Assembly (NCBI RefSeq): GCF_009914755.1
Contig: NC_060934.1
Reading direction: 5' to 3' (one strand)
DNA from: the human T2T-CHM13v2.0 reference genome, Homo sapiens
Length of the DNA: 64,000 nucleotides
The notes under the pieces are model-generated. The model had not been told where the DNA came from and ran no database searches. It saw nothing but the letters and a program-made list of their open reading frames with translations. Within the stretch, counting starts at the first letter, position 1, and each line of letters starts with the position of its first letter. The translations under genes and the position numbers were made by a program. Below are positions 1 to 13,865 of the stretch, piece after piece.

Positions 1-93
1 GATGAGGCATTATAATGTGCACATTGATGGCTTTTGTTGAATCATCTGCACTCTCTGGTTCCCAGTGTGGTTGACCATGTACATTAAGGGATG
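1..93 (+). pseudogene. Pseudo-exon, cut by window start
   Basis: Donor ATG/GTAAGG at 93/94. Reads DEAL*CAH*WLLLNHLHSL, then after a frameshift WFPVWLTMYIKG. Confidence 0.5.
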
Positions 94-477
94 GTAAGGG
101 ATAGAGTCTGTGCAGTGGAATTTCTTTCAATCTGAAACTATTTTGTCTATATTGAGTCTGTTTCTTTATGAAAAAGTTGAAAATAAGTAAATAAAAAATA
201 TGAACTTTAGCTTAAGTATTCTATCTTCTAAATTACTGAGGACCCAGTCACTTTTAAATTGACAATCTCCATAACAGGACAACATCACTAGTAATTATAA
301 ATAATTCTAAAGGAATCCTTGTATATCAGTAAAAAATTCTGTGAGCATCTGCTTTACCAATTAGATAGGCTGGTATTAAAACTCTGAACCTATGAAAAAG
401 TATTGAACTTTGGAGTATTTATGAAAATATAGAAAAATTTAAAAAAATATGGATATAGATATTTTTTTCCATTTCAG

Positions 478-575
478 TGTACTTCTCAACTGTACAAAAT
501 TAATAAAAATGTGGCATTATTACAGATATCATACTGAAGGAACAAGATGTCCACAATGAGTAGAGATAGCTGTAG
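478..575 (+). pseudogene. Pseudo-exon (98 nt)
   Basis: Acceptor ttttttccatttcag, donor TAG/GTAATA. Frames CTSQLYKINKNVALLQISY*RNKMSTMSRDSC or VLLNCTKLIKMWHYYRYHTEGTRCPQ*. Confidence 0.55.
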
Positions 576-697
576 GTAATAATAATCTTTTTATTTTTGC
601 TTATTTTAGGGCATAAAATAATTTATTTGAAAAAGGTTGCTGTTAATGGGAAATATCATGGTGCCCATGTTTTTGCCTAATGGTGTACTGTTTTCAG

Positions 698-920
698 CTC
701 AGATCCTGAACAAATAGTATCAAAGAAACAAAACTAATTGAACAACACAAGAACCCTTGTGTTAGACAACAAAGATGCAGGACCTAGCAAACCAAAAGAA
801 AGTCATTCTTGGAGCACCAAACAGTAAACAGCAGGCATTCCTTAAAAACACTGTGGTCAAAGCTTTGGTACTCAAGAAGAACTTAGAGCTATCACAAATA
901 GACTGTGAAAATATGTAAAT
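698..920 (+). pseudogene. Pseudo-exon (223 nt)
   Basis: Branch-like CTAAT plus tgttttcag acceptor; donor AAT/GTAAGG. One frame SDPEQIVSKKQN*LNNTRTLVLDNKDAGPSKPKESHSWSTKQ*TAGIP*KHCGQSFGTQEELRAITNRL*KYVN, phase-compatible with both neighbours. Confidence 0.6.
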
Positions 921-1364
921 GTAAGGGTCATAATAAAATGAATTGAACAGCATCATAGGCAGGGTGGAAGAAGAGAAGCATAGGATCCACAGAGGAGAAG
1001 CAAGAAGGGAGCCCCGTAGAGGACAACAGAAGGGGAAGGGAAAGCGAGATCTGAACAAACACCTTCTGTGTAGTCACATGTGAATAGTTTTTCCACTTCC
1101 TTAAAAGGACAGAATAAGAAATCCTACCTAAACCCAGTACATATTATATTTTGCTATATATAGACATTAGGCTATTATATAGTAAGTTATGTAAACAACA
1201 GACTTTACTGATGCTCATGTGGAATCTGTACCTTCAAGAATTTCCACATTTTCAAGTAGAATATATATATACACATCTGGCTCTTTCCTGAATTATGTTA
1301 GTTAAGGTGCCACATATCATATTATATATGAACAACCTTCATTGTAGTTTTTTTATTTTTTAAG

Positions 1365-1573
1365 TTATACCATGGAGTTCTTGTGAACAGGAGAATGAAT
1401 TATAAATTACAAAACCATCTTGAGGAGAAAGTGCTGGACATGCCTGAGTCTTATGTACCTGCTTTGCAGGGTACGCTGTTGAAAATCATCCCCCAGCAAA
1501 ATTAAATGACCATGTCACAAAGCTTCATGCTACCCTTGAGTAGTAGAATATCACAATGTTCAATTCCAAAACG
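1365..1573 (+). pseudogene. Pseudo-exon (209 nt, probable 1-nt frameshift)
   Basis: Acceptor ttttttattttttaag, donor ACG/GTAATT. Phase-0 frame open for 46 codons (LYHGVLVNRRMNYKLQNHLEEKVLDMPESYVPA...); second frame AVENHPPAKLNDHVTKLHATLE**NITMFNSKT. Confidence 0.6.
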
Positions 1574-2477
1574 GTAATTACTGCTCATCATTTTCACATG
1601 ACAGTATGAGGTCACTTCTCAAAAATCACTGCATCGTTTTTATAAAATTTGATTTAAAGACCAGATTTTATTGCCCCATATGGCAATTTGGCAATAGTCT
1701 CTAAACTTTAAAAATTTTCATCTTATTGGAACTAGGAACTTATCTTCATGGGTATGCTCAAGAATTAACTTTAAGTATGCTTATGATGCTGTTGAAAATA
1801 ATATAGAAAAGTTGGAGGAAAAAACTCTAAGTGTCTCCTCTGATCCATTAAATTTGTTCAATGTAATTTGTACATTCCATAAACGGAATTCTTAATAAAA
1901 ATTATTTAATAGCCTAGAACATAGTCATGGTATCGTTACCTTTGAGCATAAGATTTATGTGAGATAATTTATTGCCTATGGTGATTTTTAAACTATGATA
2001 AACCTATATTATTGTGTAATTAAAAGATAAAAGACTAAAAATTAAAATATAAAAATTCTAGTTTTTTAGGATGGGCAGACCAGTGGAATGATATCTGCCA
2101 TTACATATTTCCTTAACATAGCTTATTCTATTCTGCATGTAACATGGTAGACTAGTAAATCTCACAAAGATAAATGAGTATCAATTACTGAATAGCCACC
2201 TGGTCATGTACTAGATACCCTGGGAAAATAACCAAAGAGATTCATTCCATACCTTCAGAAAGCTCATGCCAATTGGCTGTAACTCAGAATTAGAACTTGT
2301 TAGAAATACAGGTTCCTAGATAGACTGAATCAGAGCCTCTGCAAGTAGAGCCTGGTCTACAGATGAACACTGAACAACCAATAAATTCAGTTTAGGGAAA
2401 TAATTTATGCAAAACAAACATTGATCTAATCACACTGGAATTTCTGTATTGACCAAAGAACTACGTGAAGTATAAAT

Positions 2478-4300
2478 TATTTGAAAAGATGCAGCTTCAA
2501 CATACACAAATCAATAAATGTGACACACTGCATTAACAGAATGAAGGACAAAGATAATATGATAATCTCAATAGATGCAGATAAAGCATTTGACAAAATC
2601 CAACGTCGCTTCATGGTACAAAAAAAACCAAAATACCTCAACATATTAGGTATGGAAAGAATGCACCTCAACACAAAGGACCCCATATGACAAACCCACT
2701 GCTAGCATTACACTCAACAATAAAAGATTGGAAGCATTTTTCCCCCTCTAATATCAGGGATGAGACAAGGATGACCATTCTCACCACTTCTATTTAATAT
2801 AGTACCCAAAGTCCTAGCCAGAGCAATTAGGTGAGAGCAAGAAATAAAAGCCACCCAAATTGGAAAGGAAAAAGTTCAACTGTTCCTATTTGCAGACGGC
2901 ATGATCTTACATCTAGAAAATCCTAAGGACTACGTTAAAAAACTCTTAAAACTAATAAATGAACTCAGTGAAGTTGCAGAATACAAAATAAACACACAAA
3001 ATCCGTAGTGTAACAACCAGTAGTGTAGCAATCTGAGAAAGAAATCTTAAAAATTTTCATTTATAATGGATACAAAAATTACTTAGGAATAAATTGAATC
3101 AAGGAAGTGAAAGACTTGCACACTGAAAAGTATAAAACATTGATGAAAGAAATTGAAGAAGACTCAAATGAATTGAAAGATATCTTGTGTTCCTGGATTA
3201 GAATTAATATTGTTAAAATGTCCAAACTACCCAAAGCGATCTAGATATTCAATGCAGTTCCTATCAAAATCCCAGTGACATTTTTTCTTCACAGAAGTAG
3301 AAAAAAGAATCCAAAAATTTGTATGGAACTACACAAGACCAAATAGCCAAAGCAATCTTAAGCAAAAAGAACAAGGATGGAGGTATCACACTAAGTGACT
3401 TTAAAATATACCACAAAGCTATATCGAACAGCATGGTACTGGCATAAAACCAGACACATATAGTAATAGAACAAAATAGAAAGCAAAAAAATAAACCCAT
3501 ACATTTACAGTCAATTAATTTTCCACAAAGGTGCTAAGAACACACAGTAGAGCAAGGACAGTCTCTTCAATAACTGTTGCCGAGGAAACGGAATATTCAC
3601 ATGCAGAAGAACGAAATAGGACCCTAATCTCACACCATATACAAAAGCCAACTCAAAATGGATTAAAGACTTAAAAATATAACCTGACACTGGAAATCTA
3701 CTAGGAGAAAACATACAGGAAAACTCCATGACATTGGTCTGGACAATGATTTTTTGGATATGACCCCAAAAGCACTGACAATGAAAGCAAAAATAAACAA
3801 ATAGGATTACGTCAACTAAAAAGCTTCTGCCAAGCCAAGGAAACAATTAGCAGAATAAAGCAACAACTTATGAAATAGAAGAAAATATTTGCAAACCATA
3901 TATCTGATAAGGGGTTAATATCTAAAATATATAAGGAACTCAAACAGCTCAATAGCAAGAAAACAAATAAGCTGATTTAAAAATGGGCAAAGGACCTGAA
4001 TGGATATTTCTCAAACGACGACGTGGAAATAGACAACAGATGTATAAAAAGGTACTCACTATAATTAATCATCAGAGAAATGCAAATTAAAACCACAATG
4101 AGATACTGCCTCACACCTGTTAGAATGCTATTTTCAAAAACATGAAAGATAGCAAGTATTGGTGAGAATGGGGAGAAAGGGGAATCCTTGCACATTGTTG
4201 GTGGGAATGTAGATTAGTACAGCCATGATGAAACAGTATGGAGGTTCCACAAAAAAATTAAAAATAAACTACCACGAGGTCCATAAATCCCACTACTAGC
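2478..4300 (+). mobile_element. Old L1 (L1MA/L1MB-type) ORF2 fragment
   Basis: Translates to L1 ORF2 motifs ([32 protein letters not shown]; RT region; C-terminal domain) with many disruptions. Confidence 0.9.
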
Positions 4301-4582
4301 AATTTTTTTTAGGATGCGGAATGACACACAGTGATAGTTACACTATATAAATATTAAAGTGTTTAATCCTTATGATAACCATAGGAGGAGAAAAGTTATA
4401 TTATCCTATAGGAAACTGAGGCAGAAATGTTAATTAAGTTTTCTAAGGAAAGTTTTTAAGTAAATGGAAGATAGAATTTGAATCTATGCAATTTGGGTAC
4501 AGAGTCCATGCTTTTAGGTGCTGTATTATTGGCTTTTCACACTATTACACCTTTATTTTTTTCAGTTGCCAGTGAAGTTACT

Positions 4583-4950
4583 GGACTCATCAGTAGTCTA
4601 GGATATGATGTGCTAGCTAATGACCTCAAAAATCTCAGTGGCTAGCAACTTCAAAAGTATATTTCATACTCCTGCTACTGGTACATTGCAGAGTGGCTGC
4701 AACTGTGCTTCTATGTTTTTTCCATGTAGGGACCTAGGCTGGCAGAGCAGCTTCTATCTGGAACATTGCTGTTATCGTGGCAGAAGGCAGAGACATACCA
4801 AATGTTGGTGCTTAAAAATCTGGGAAATAATTTATGCTGCTTGCTCCTATATTTGGCAAAAAAAGTCACATGACAAAGCCTTCCATTAATGGGACTGGGC
4901 AGTAAAATCCTCCCCAAATGAAGAGTATCAAACATTTTTGAACAATCTTC
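4583..4950. mobile_element. MaLR LTR relic (MLT1-type)
   Basis: MLT1-like 'aaaatctcagtggct...caac', 'ttggcaaaaaaagtcacatgacaaagcc'. Confidence 0.55.
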
Positions 4951-5288
4951 CACAGTCTCAATTACTTATTATAATTGTAACAATATATTTATTATTATTA
5001 TTATTTGTTTTCCTTGTTCAACTTTAAGCCCCTGTCTTCAATATTCAACACTTTCTATTCAATGCCTCATACAGTATTTGGCATCCAATAGGCACATCGC
5101 AATTATATTGAAGAGATAAATGAATGCACATATTTGTTGACAGCCAGGGATGGGCATGGTAAAAGGACAAACTTTAGTATCAGGTAAATTCTGGGCTCCA
5201 GTCTTAATTCTGTCCTTAGTTACTGTGGAATCTGGCAAATTAGCCTTAATAAGCTTCAGTTTTTTTCATTTTTAAAATAGGAAAAATA

Positions 5289-5593
<305 letters not shown>

Positions 5594-5999
5594 TCATGAG
5601 GCTGTTCCAATGATTAAATGAGATAATGTTTGCAAACATAATGGTGGCCATAGTAACTATTATTTGTTTACCACATATTATTCAATCTAATGCTTCATAA
5701 AAGTAAAACACAAGGTGCACTATTATTTTGTAGTTTACTCTCTTCTACATAGAAAGAAGATAGTTACCAATAAAACAATTACATAACACATTTAAGGTGG
5801 ACTCAATTTCAGAGTTGTTAAAATGTCAAAAATGTGCTTTTTTACAATTGATGACATTTATGTATTAGAAAGTCAGAAATTCATAAAAATACTTTTTAAA
5901 AATAAAATTAGGGATTTATGAATGGGCAAATTATACTTAAAAAATAGAGATTTATCTCTATCTGTAGTGTATCAGACACTCTGAGTTGCTTATGTAATA

Positions 6000-6340
6000 A
6001 TGATTTTTTCCACCCACTACTCCTTTCTAGAACAAATCCTATGTTTTGTTATTTACAGTGTGCCCAGGGAAGGCAACAAATTCTACTTTCTAGTCTCCAG
6101 AAAGGTAAGTATACATTTAATTCAGTTATGGTCTCAATCCCTTTACTTGTGATTGGTTTAAAACAGTTATATGACCTAATTCTAGCCAGTGGGACCTGAG
6201 GGAAATCTCCCTTCTACCTTTTGGATAAGTGTTTCTTCCTATTTAAAGACCTTTATATGAGGAAACACCTCCCTTTGCTGGACAGAGATAGTGCCTGGTG
6301 CCTGCAACCCCAGTTGTGTTGCAACAAAGGAGGGAAAATG
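6000..6340. mobile_element. ERVL LTR relic (LTR16-like)
   Basis: 'gtgattggttt...atgacctaattctagccagtgggacctgagggaaatct' resembles the LTR16 core. Confidence 0.5.
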
Positions 6341-6844
6341 TTGGGACTTACAGGTGAAAGTCTCCGAGTCAGTAAGCAAAAATTAGTCATTTGTTCCAGA
6401 AAGGAAATGTAGGAAATGTGACTTGACCGTTTTGAGGCTACTTTTCATCAGGGGAAACCAGTATGATCCTTTAAATTTCCGCTATTTTTTTTCTTTTTTT
6501 CCCTTTACTTTTAGTTTTTATATACAGAAATCTGGTTATCTGGGAGAATTTTTGAATATCTGCTTAACTAAATGCTCAAGATTATTTAACTCTGGGACCA
6601 CAGCTTAGAAATCTGAATGGCATTGACAAATGTTAATGGCAAAAAAAAAAAAAAAAAATTGCAGGCTTAAAATTTTAGGATTGCTATCATTTGGGGAATT
6701 TTTTAGCTACCATGAATAAAGATGCAAACACCTATAACTTAAATTTTTTCATGATATAGCCATTAAAACAATAATAACTAAAATTTTAATAGATCCTTAC
6801 TACAAGGCACTTGACATAGTTTGATTTTCTTACATGTTTTAAAT

Positions 6845-8030
6845 TAAATACTTTATTTTGCATTAGTTTCAACCTTACAGAAAAATTGCAAGAAGAGTAC
6901 AAAAAATTCTCACATGCCCTTCACTCAGAGACCTTATTCCAGTTTTACCAATTGTCCCAGTAATATCCTAGCAAAAAATTTAATCCAGGAATTGTGCCCA
7001 GTTGTGTTGTCTCTCTAGTCTTTTTCAACGTGGAACAGTTCCTCACGCTCCCCTTATTTTTCATGACCTTGATGTTCTTGAAGATTACAAGCCAGTTGTT
7101 GAGTACAACATCCTTCAAATTAGGTTTGTGTAATGTTTCTTCATGGTTAGACTCAAGTGCTAAGATGTTTTCACTGGATCCTTTTGAGGGGCACACGATA
7201 TTACTGGTGGTGTTAACTGTAATCCCTTGATTAAGACAGTGTCTGCCAGGTTTCTCCACTGTAATCAATGCATGTTTTGAGGGAGGATACTGAGAGATCA
7301 TGTGAAAAACGATTTTTCATTCTATGTTCATCCATTAGCATCATTGGTGTTTCTTTTCTGAATACTTATTCTAATGGTTGCCAAAAGGTGATTCTTCACT
7401 ACCATCATTTCTTTCATAATTATTATGAGTTGGCTTTCTATGATAAGAAAGAGCTTTCTCATTTATTTATCTATGAATATCCATGCGGATTCATGGGTTC
7501 CTGTTTTTTCAATGTGTTATAATCTGCTACTCTCACGATATATTTAGATGCTCAAAAATTATTGCAGATTTGACTAATTGGAGCTCTTTCAAGCTAGCTT
7601 CCCTATTCTTTAGACAAGTTCCCACCACTCTTTCAGTATTTCCTTACTTTATGGTGTAACACAAATTTCCAGGATCTTCCTGTTCTTTTCCCAACCTATC
7701 CCTAAAATTAGCCATTTCTCTAAAGAGCTTGGACTCCTTTTAGTAAGTGGTGTTTAGAAACTGAATGTTCACTGGTATTTGGAAACCAAGATCTGGACAC
7801 TAAGTGTGTTCATTGCTATTGTGTTATCACTGCTCTCAGGCTCTTTCAGGACACAGAGCTAGGAAACATATGTACTTGTGTATATATGTATACATGCATA
7901 CATACATTTATATCTGTATTTATCTCTGTATCCTATCTACAAAATGCTGCTTTTCTGCTGATACCTTTGATTCCAATTCAACACCGCAGAGTTCATTCTA
8001 GCTTCCCCTTCCCTTCTCTGACACTGAGGA
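6845..8030 (-). mobile_element. L1MC-type 3' end
   Basis: 'ccttacagaaaaattgcaagaagagtacaaaaaattctcacatgcccttcactcag' and 'gtgtctgccaggtttctccactgtaa' typical of L1MC 3' UTR. Confidence 0.75.
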
Positions 8031-8600
8031 AGCCGGCTCTCATCTACAACCCCGAAATGTAGCCAATTTCCTGACACCAACTAGTTGCCACCCCCTTTGT
8101 ACACTAGCCCCAACCATCAATGAAGTCTGACAACCCTGGGCCACTTATTTCACTTGGTCTTTTCTAGTAGCTTTTTGATAAAGGAAGGAAAAAAATGGCA
8201 ATAGATATTTATTTTAAAAAGTAAAGAGAAAGGAAAAAAAAGCAGTGGAAGAGGAGGTAGAGAAAACCTTTATGTATATTATTATATTAAAGCCTTACTA
8301 TAGTCTTATGAGAAATGCACAGTGATTATCTCCATTTCACTGAATTTGAGGACTCACTCAAGGTCACACAGATAGCAATCGATGGGATTAAACCCAGAGA
8401 ATTGACACCTGGCTGCAGATTCAAAATGATAGTCTACAGCCTTTTATCTGCCTATTCTCAGCATTATCTACACTCTGCATTTAATACAATCCTTCATTAG
8501 TTTATATGCCTACCCTGGTTGAAATTGGTTAGCACCTAACTCAAGGAGAGTTTACTCCAAGTGCTAGAACTAATGTAAACAGGGAGTCACATTATTACAG

Positions 8601-9234
8601 CTCCATGTGGTGTTATAATTACATCAGAATGCAGCTCAGTCACTGGCGCATCGTATGCGCCACACTGTCGCCATATTTGCAGATGTTCAGTCTTACTTTT
8701 ATTAAGCATGACAATGCCCAGCAGGATCCATTTTGTCTGATTATCCTCAAATGGAGAAGAATATTAAAAGGCAGGATAATTAAAAATATATGCCCAAACA
8801 AAGGATGTGTCTACAATTCCTTTTCTAGTGCTTTGAAATAGTTCAAATTTCTCAGCTGGCTCTCGTGCACAGAGCACTAAAAGGATGTCTTAAATTTAGA
8901 CATATGTCTTCATTCTGTTTAATGTGCCAGAACAAAAACATAGCTTGAGACCACCATGAATTGATGTCTAAGTGCTGGAATGCTAAAGAACACTCAAATT
9001 TCCACAGGACTAAATGTCATCATAGAGTTTGTGATTGCACTTTCCCCTGTGAGAACATAGCCTTCTATTTTTAAGATTTGTCCCGTACAATTCAATGCTG
9101 ATATTTCTCCTTGAGTCTACATAACGATTTTCTTTTATTTGGTGTAACTTCAGAGAATTCAAATCATACTCTCATTAGTAGTGCTGTATTTATTGAGAAC
9201 AAAGGGAAAAAAAATCCCATCACTTTCATACAAG
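8601..9234 (+). pseudogene. Candidate pseudo-exon (3' boundary uncertain)
   Basis: Weak acceptor attattacag. Frame LHVVL*LHQNAAQSLAHRMRHTVAIFADVQSYFY*A*QCPAGSILSDYPQMEKNIKRQ; next strong donor AAG/GTAATA at 9234/9235. Confidence 0.35.
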
Positions 9235-9957
9235 GTAATAGGCCTAAAAAACATTTTTTAAAGTTTGAAAAATGCTAGGTAAATGTATTTGGATATTTCT
9301 AGGTCTTCCATGTATTTAAAAAGCCCTTAAAGAAAGTAAACACATAGGTGTATATCAGACAGATACAATGTTTCCAACTGATGGCATGCCAATTATTTGT
9401 AGCAGTGGTTAGGATTTTGATGAAAATGGTGTGGCAGCAATAATACCAGAAAGTGGGTTCCATCCCTGAGTTTTACTAATTTTCCATGTCACCAATCATC
9501 CGGTCCCTAAATGTTAGATCATCAGATTCTTAAACTTTGGGAAGGTTTTCTTTTGGGGGTAGAATCTAACTGAAATGTCTTTAGGGTGGAAAAATTTTGA
9601 AATCATATGGTATGAAGAAGTTTTGAAGCAATGAAATGAATGTTTCTACTCTAAAACAGAAAAAAATAAGAGAAACATGATATTTATTTTAACATGTTTG
9701 AAAGAATGTCATATAAGAAAAAGATTAAATTTGGGGGTGGCCCAAGCATTAGAACATAGACCTACGGATTAGAACATAGATCCATAGAACATGGATGAAA
9801 TTCATGAAGATGTTAAAAAATAACATTTCAATGTAAGGAAGGTCTTTCTTATGGTGAAAGCTGCCTAAAGATGAATTGATCTGTCTCATAAGGTAGAGAA
9901 TCTGCATCATGAAATAGGTTCAAGAAGATATTACCACATATCAGTGACATCATAGAT

Positions 9958-10105
9958 CACCATTTCTCAAAATTTAATGGGAATATATATCACCTAGGGT
10001 TTTGTTAAAATGCAGATTCTGGCTCTGTAGGTTTGGGTGGGACCTAGATTCTGCCAAGTGATGCATATACTCTCAAACCACAGACCACTCTCTGAATAGC
10101 AAGAT
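9958..10105. mobile_element. MER5-family hAT-Charlie relic
   Basis: 'ttctcaaa...atcacctagggttttgttaaaatgcagattctggctctgtaggt...gaccactctctgaatagcaag'. Confidence 0.7.
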
Positions 10106-10422
10106 CATGGGGGAAATTAAATGAGTGAATGATTTATTCTATTGTAGAATTATAACATGAACTTGATCTGATAAGAATAGGAGGGAAATAAAAAGAAAAT
10201 GAAGAAAAATATAAAAATCATCTTACTACTGCAATGAAGGGTTTTAGATGATTACCGGGAAACAGCCAAAAGAAATACACCATTAGGATCAAAAGAGGTC
10301 TAAAGCAAGGTGGAAACCATCTGAAAGAGGGCAATTATTTGGTGAGAGCAAGAGAAACTGAAAGTGCTTAGAGTCGTACTTGTGTGACTAAGCTGTTGTC
10401 GGAGGGTGCACCTATAGTTCCA

Positions 10423-10505
10423 AAGGATTGCTTGAGCCCAGGAGTTTGAGACTAGCCTGGGCAACATAATAAGACTCAGTCTCTAAAAAAATAAAATAAA
10501 ATAAA
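10423..10505 (+). mobile_element. Alu monomer (FLAM-like) 3' fragment
   Basis: 'ggattgcttgagcccaggagtttgagactagcctgggcaacata...gtctct' plus A-rich tail. Confidence 0.85.
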
Positions 10506-10871
10506 ATTTAAAAAGGAGCTTCAAAAAGTCCATGCACCCACTAATTTGCCATAAAGGCAACTAAGATGGTGTTCAGACAAGCAAGCAGGTGCTAAAATAA
10601 GGGAGAAATGTTCAAGAGCAAGTTTTTTCAGACCACTTTCTGGAGATAGAATGGGAATAGTGTGAAGTTCTGAAAAATCCCAGGATGAGGCTAAAAAGAT
10701 TCTGGTAACAAATACTTTCATCATCACTGGCCACTTGTTAGCATTCACCACTGGTCTCAGAGGAGCAGGTAGCTAAGACGCTACCTGGAAAGTATTTACC
10801 CTGTGACCAAAAGCAGCTCTTTCAAACTATGATTTTCCTCTTGAAAGGAAATCTCTTCTTTTCCCTTGTAG

Positions 10872-11157
10872 CAATGTTATAAAACTGAAAAGACTTCAGA
10901 ACACATATGCCTTTGATTAGATGAAGAGTCTTCCTACAGCTCCCAATTATCAAGTCTGCCAAAAGTCCAATTTTACCATTTAGATGTGTTAATAACCTAA
11001 CAGATTCTTTCCAAACACTAATGCTCTTTCCAGGTCTCAACTCTTATCCAAATTGGGGCTGCTTGAGTGCACGCATGGGCTCTTCTGCATTATTCCAATT
11101 TTAAATTTTAATATAGGCTTTCAGAAAAATGTGTATTAACCTTAAAAGAATGGCTGA
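10872..11157 (+). pseudogene. Pseudo-exon (~286 nt, frameshifted)
   Basis: Strong acceptor ctcttcttttcccttgtag; donor TGA/GTAACT. Reads NVIKLKRLQNTYAF, then a long open frame KSAKSPILPFRCVNNLTDSFQTLMLFPGLNSYPNWGCLSARMGSSALFQF. Confidence 0.55.
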
Positions 11158-11395
11158 GTAACTCATTATGTTAGGGGTTTCACAGGTCCCCAATGCGTCA
11201 TTGAGATTGAATTCAGCAGTCTGGTCTGTCCAGGGTGGAGTCTCAGCCCCTTGACCCTAGCCTTAGCCTCCTAAATTTCTTCTAAAGCAATTTAATTGTT
11301 TAAATTAAAATCACTGAGCTTTTTTATTAGAAGAAAGTAATAAAATGTAAAAAAAAAACAAACTATGTAGCTTCCTCAAACTCTTGTTTCTACAG

Positions 11396-11564
11396 AGAAG
11401 CAACATATTGGTAAATCTGGTGCAATTCTTCTCTTGATGACTGTATTACAATTGGCAGCAACGTTGGCTATTGGACTTCTTTGATTTAAAACAGTCAAAT
11501 CATTACAGAGATGCCAGCTGATACTGGATTATATTTGAAAATCATATTAAGCTGGTTTAGATAG
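11396..11564 (+). pseudogene. Pseudo-exon (169 nt)
   Basis: Acceptor ctcttgtttctacag; donor TAG/GTGTGT. RSNILVNLVQFFS**LYYNWQQRWLLDFFDLKQSNHYRDAS*YWIIFENHIKLV. Confidence 0.5.
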
Positions 11565-12074
11565 GTGTGTTTTAAATTTGGAGAGAGTTCAGAGAAGAGT
11601 AGTCAAGATGAGTAAGGTTGGAAAATAAGACCAATGGTAAGAATTGGGAAAGACCAATTTTGAATATTTAAAAATATTTTCCATATCCATATTGATGATT
11701 GTAGAAATTTTTCAAGATCTCAAAAAGTATAAATGTAAAATAATACATCCATTCATAAGCCATGTAAATGAAAAAAAGATTTTAAACAAGAATCCCATGT
11801 ACATGTATAATGTGAAATAACAAGAGAACAATAGTTGATTATTCAGATGGGTCATACAGATTACTTAGAAAAAATCTTATGATAAACGTTCTTTGTTTGC
11901 TTTTGTTTTTTGACACTGAGGACTAAATATTAAAAAGATCATTAAAATGAGTTTTACCAGCCTAAACAATACAGAAAGATCTGAACATTTGTTTTAAGTG
12001 TACATTTTGGAATCCCCACTACTGGCAATCTGGTCCTATTTTGATTACCTACATCTGTCTTTTTGTATCTATAG

Positions 12075-12172
12075 GAAGGCCATATACCTGAGTTAGCTTG
12101 GATTCCTGTCACCACATCTTGCTATTTCAATCCAATTTGGAAGGTTGATAAGCTTACAATTCCTTTTTCGAG
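12075..12172 (+). pseudogene. Candidate pseudo-exon
   Basis: Acceptor ctgtctttttgtatctatag; possible donor GAG/GTGTGA; an open frame extends past it, so the 3' end is uncertain. Confidence 0.35.
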
Positions 12173-12441
12173 GTGTGATCCAAAAGTTCCTTGGCTTAGT
12201 GCTTCCAGTAAAGTTTCAAGGGAATTTACAGAAGTTTTTCCTCTGAATGCTCTCCAACTGTTTTCACTTTAACACATGACTATTAAATATAACACAGTAT
12301 TTTAGCCCTCAGCAGATCTGTCTGATGCAATGTAAAGAGGGCAGGAATAGAATGTGTTAATAATTAGACTAGAAAATACATATATTTTCTAGAGTCCTTT
12401 AATGAAAACATTCACTTTCAAATGTTACACTTTATACCTAA

Positions 12442-12847
<406 letters not shown>

Positions 12848-12993
12848 ACATATAGCAATTTTAAACCTCTTTATCAGCTATAGCACTTGTTTAAAATAAG
12901 GGAGTGGTATAGATTTATACATAAAAGCTAAACCTGAGATATGTCTAGATACTGTGTAGATTTATGGTAAAATATGCTGGTTATTTTGTTTAG

Positions 12994-13036
12994 AGATTAT
13001 TTTAGAGCCAACAAGCAGAAAGACAAATACAAAATG
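12994..13036 (+). pseudogene. Candidate small pseudo-exon (43 nt)
   Basis: Acceptor ttattttgtttag; donor ATG/GTAGGT; open frame DYFRANKQKDKYKM. Confidence 0.35.
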
Positions 13037-13865
13037 GTAGGTGGCCCAGCTAAAACAGTGGCTAATTATGGAGATTTAATGGTTGGAAAATGTATATTCT
13101 TGTCTGTACAAAGTTAAAATGTATGTGGATCATCATATATATAGCTTTCTTGAACAACATTTTTCAAACTGTGACTCCTGGTTAGGATTTTATAATAGAT
13201 ATGAGGGATAAAGAATTGACTCAGGTCCTGGGACTTCAGGTGGCTTGTAATCTAATCAAGAATGGAGATATGATTGATGTGAGCTAAGAACTAAGTGTTT
13301 TGGGGGAATCATATCATATTTTAAGAGAGACATTGACCAGGAGAAAAATATGTATTATTTGGGGGCATTCTAACCAGATAGTGAACAGTGTGAGAAGAAA
13401 CCAACTCTGTTTAACCCAGAGAAAAATGAGGACTTAGAATGACTGGAGATATGTAAGATGCTGTCTCACCAGGCAGCACTATCTGGGAAATTATTATGCT
13501 GAATATTTTTAGAATGACAGAATTACATGGGTATGTTTCTATCATGTGCCTTTCACTCCAAACCACAGCTGATTGAGTAATGAATCAGCAGCTGAAATCT
13601 CATCAGGTTAGAAATCAAATATGCTCCCCAGATTTAAGTGCTACTAACTCATTTCCAATTGCTCTGGTCAAGTTTGCTGTTTCATGTGTCTTGGGTTGGC
13701 TTCGCTGATAAGCAGACCTAGGAGCTGGTATGCCTCAGATGTACCCTATGTTCCTGTATAGCACTTTAGCTTTAGTATTCCCTACTTTCTTCCTGTTATT
13801 AGTCCAGTATATGGGACAGGGATTCTGCTTGCTTCCATTTATTCAGGATTAACTGCCTTTTCAAT

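Noticed and set aside
8650-8775. Plus-strand cyclic-nucleotide-binding-domain-like reading (TVA..VQSYF/IKHD../ILSDYPQM)
   Set aside because: Needs two frameshifts, and the phosphate-binding cassette (GE.AL...R) is absent.
8586-8890. Minus-strand ~100-codon near-open frame vaguely like a PARP catalytic domain
   Set aside because: No H-G or catalytic motif; needs several ad hoc frameshifts; no supporting exons.
10822-11140. Minus-strand 72-aa ORF and extension
   Set aside because: Lies opposite the 10872-11157 plus-strand exon; no consistent chain of minus-strand exons.
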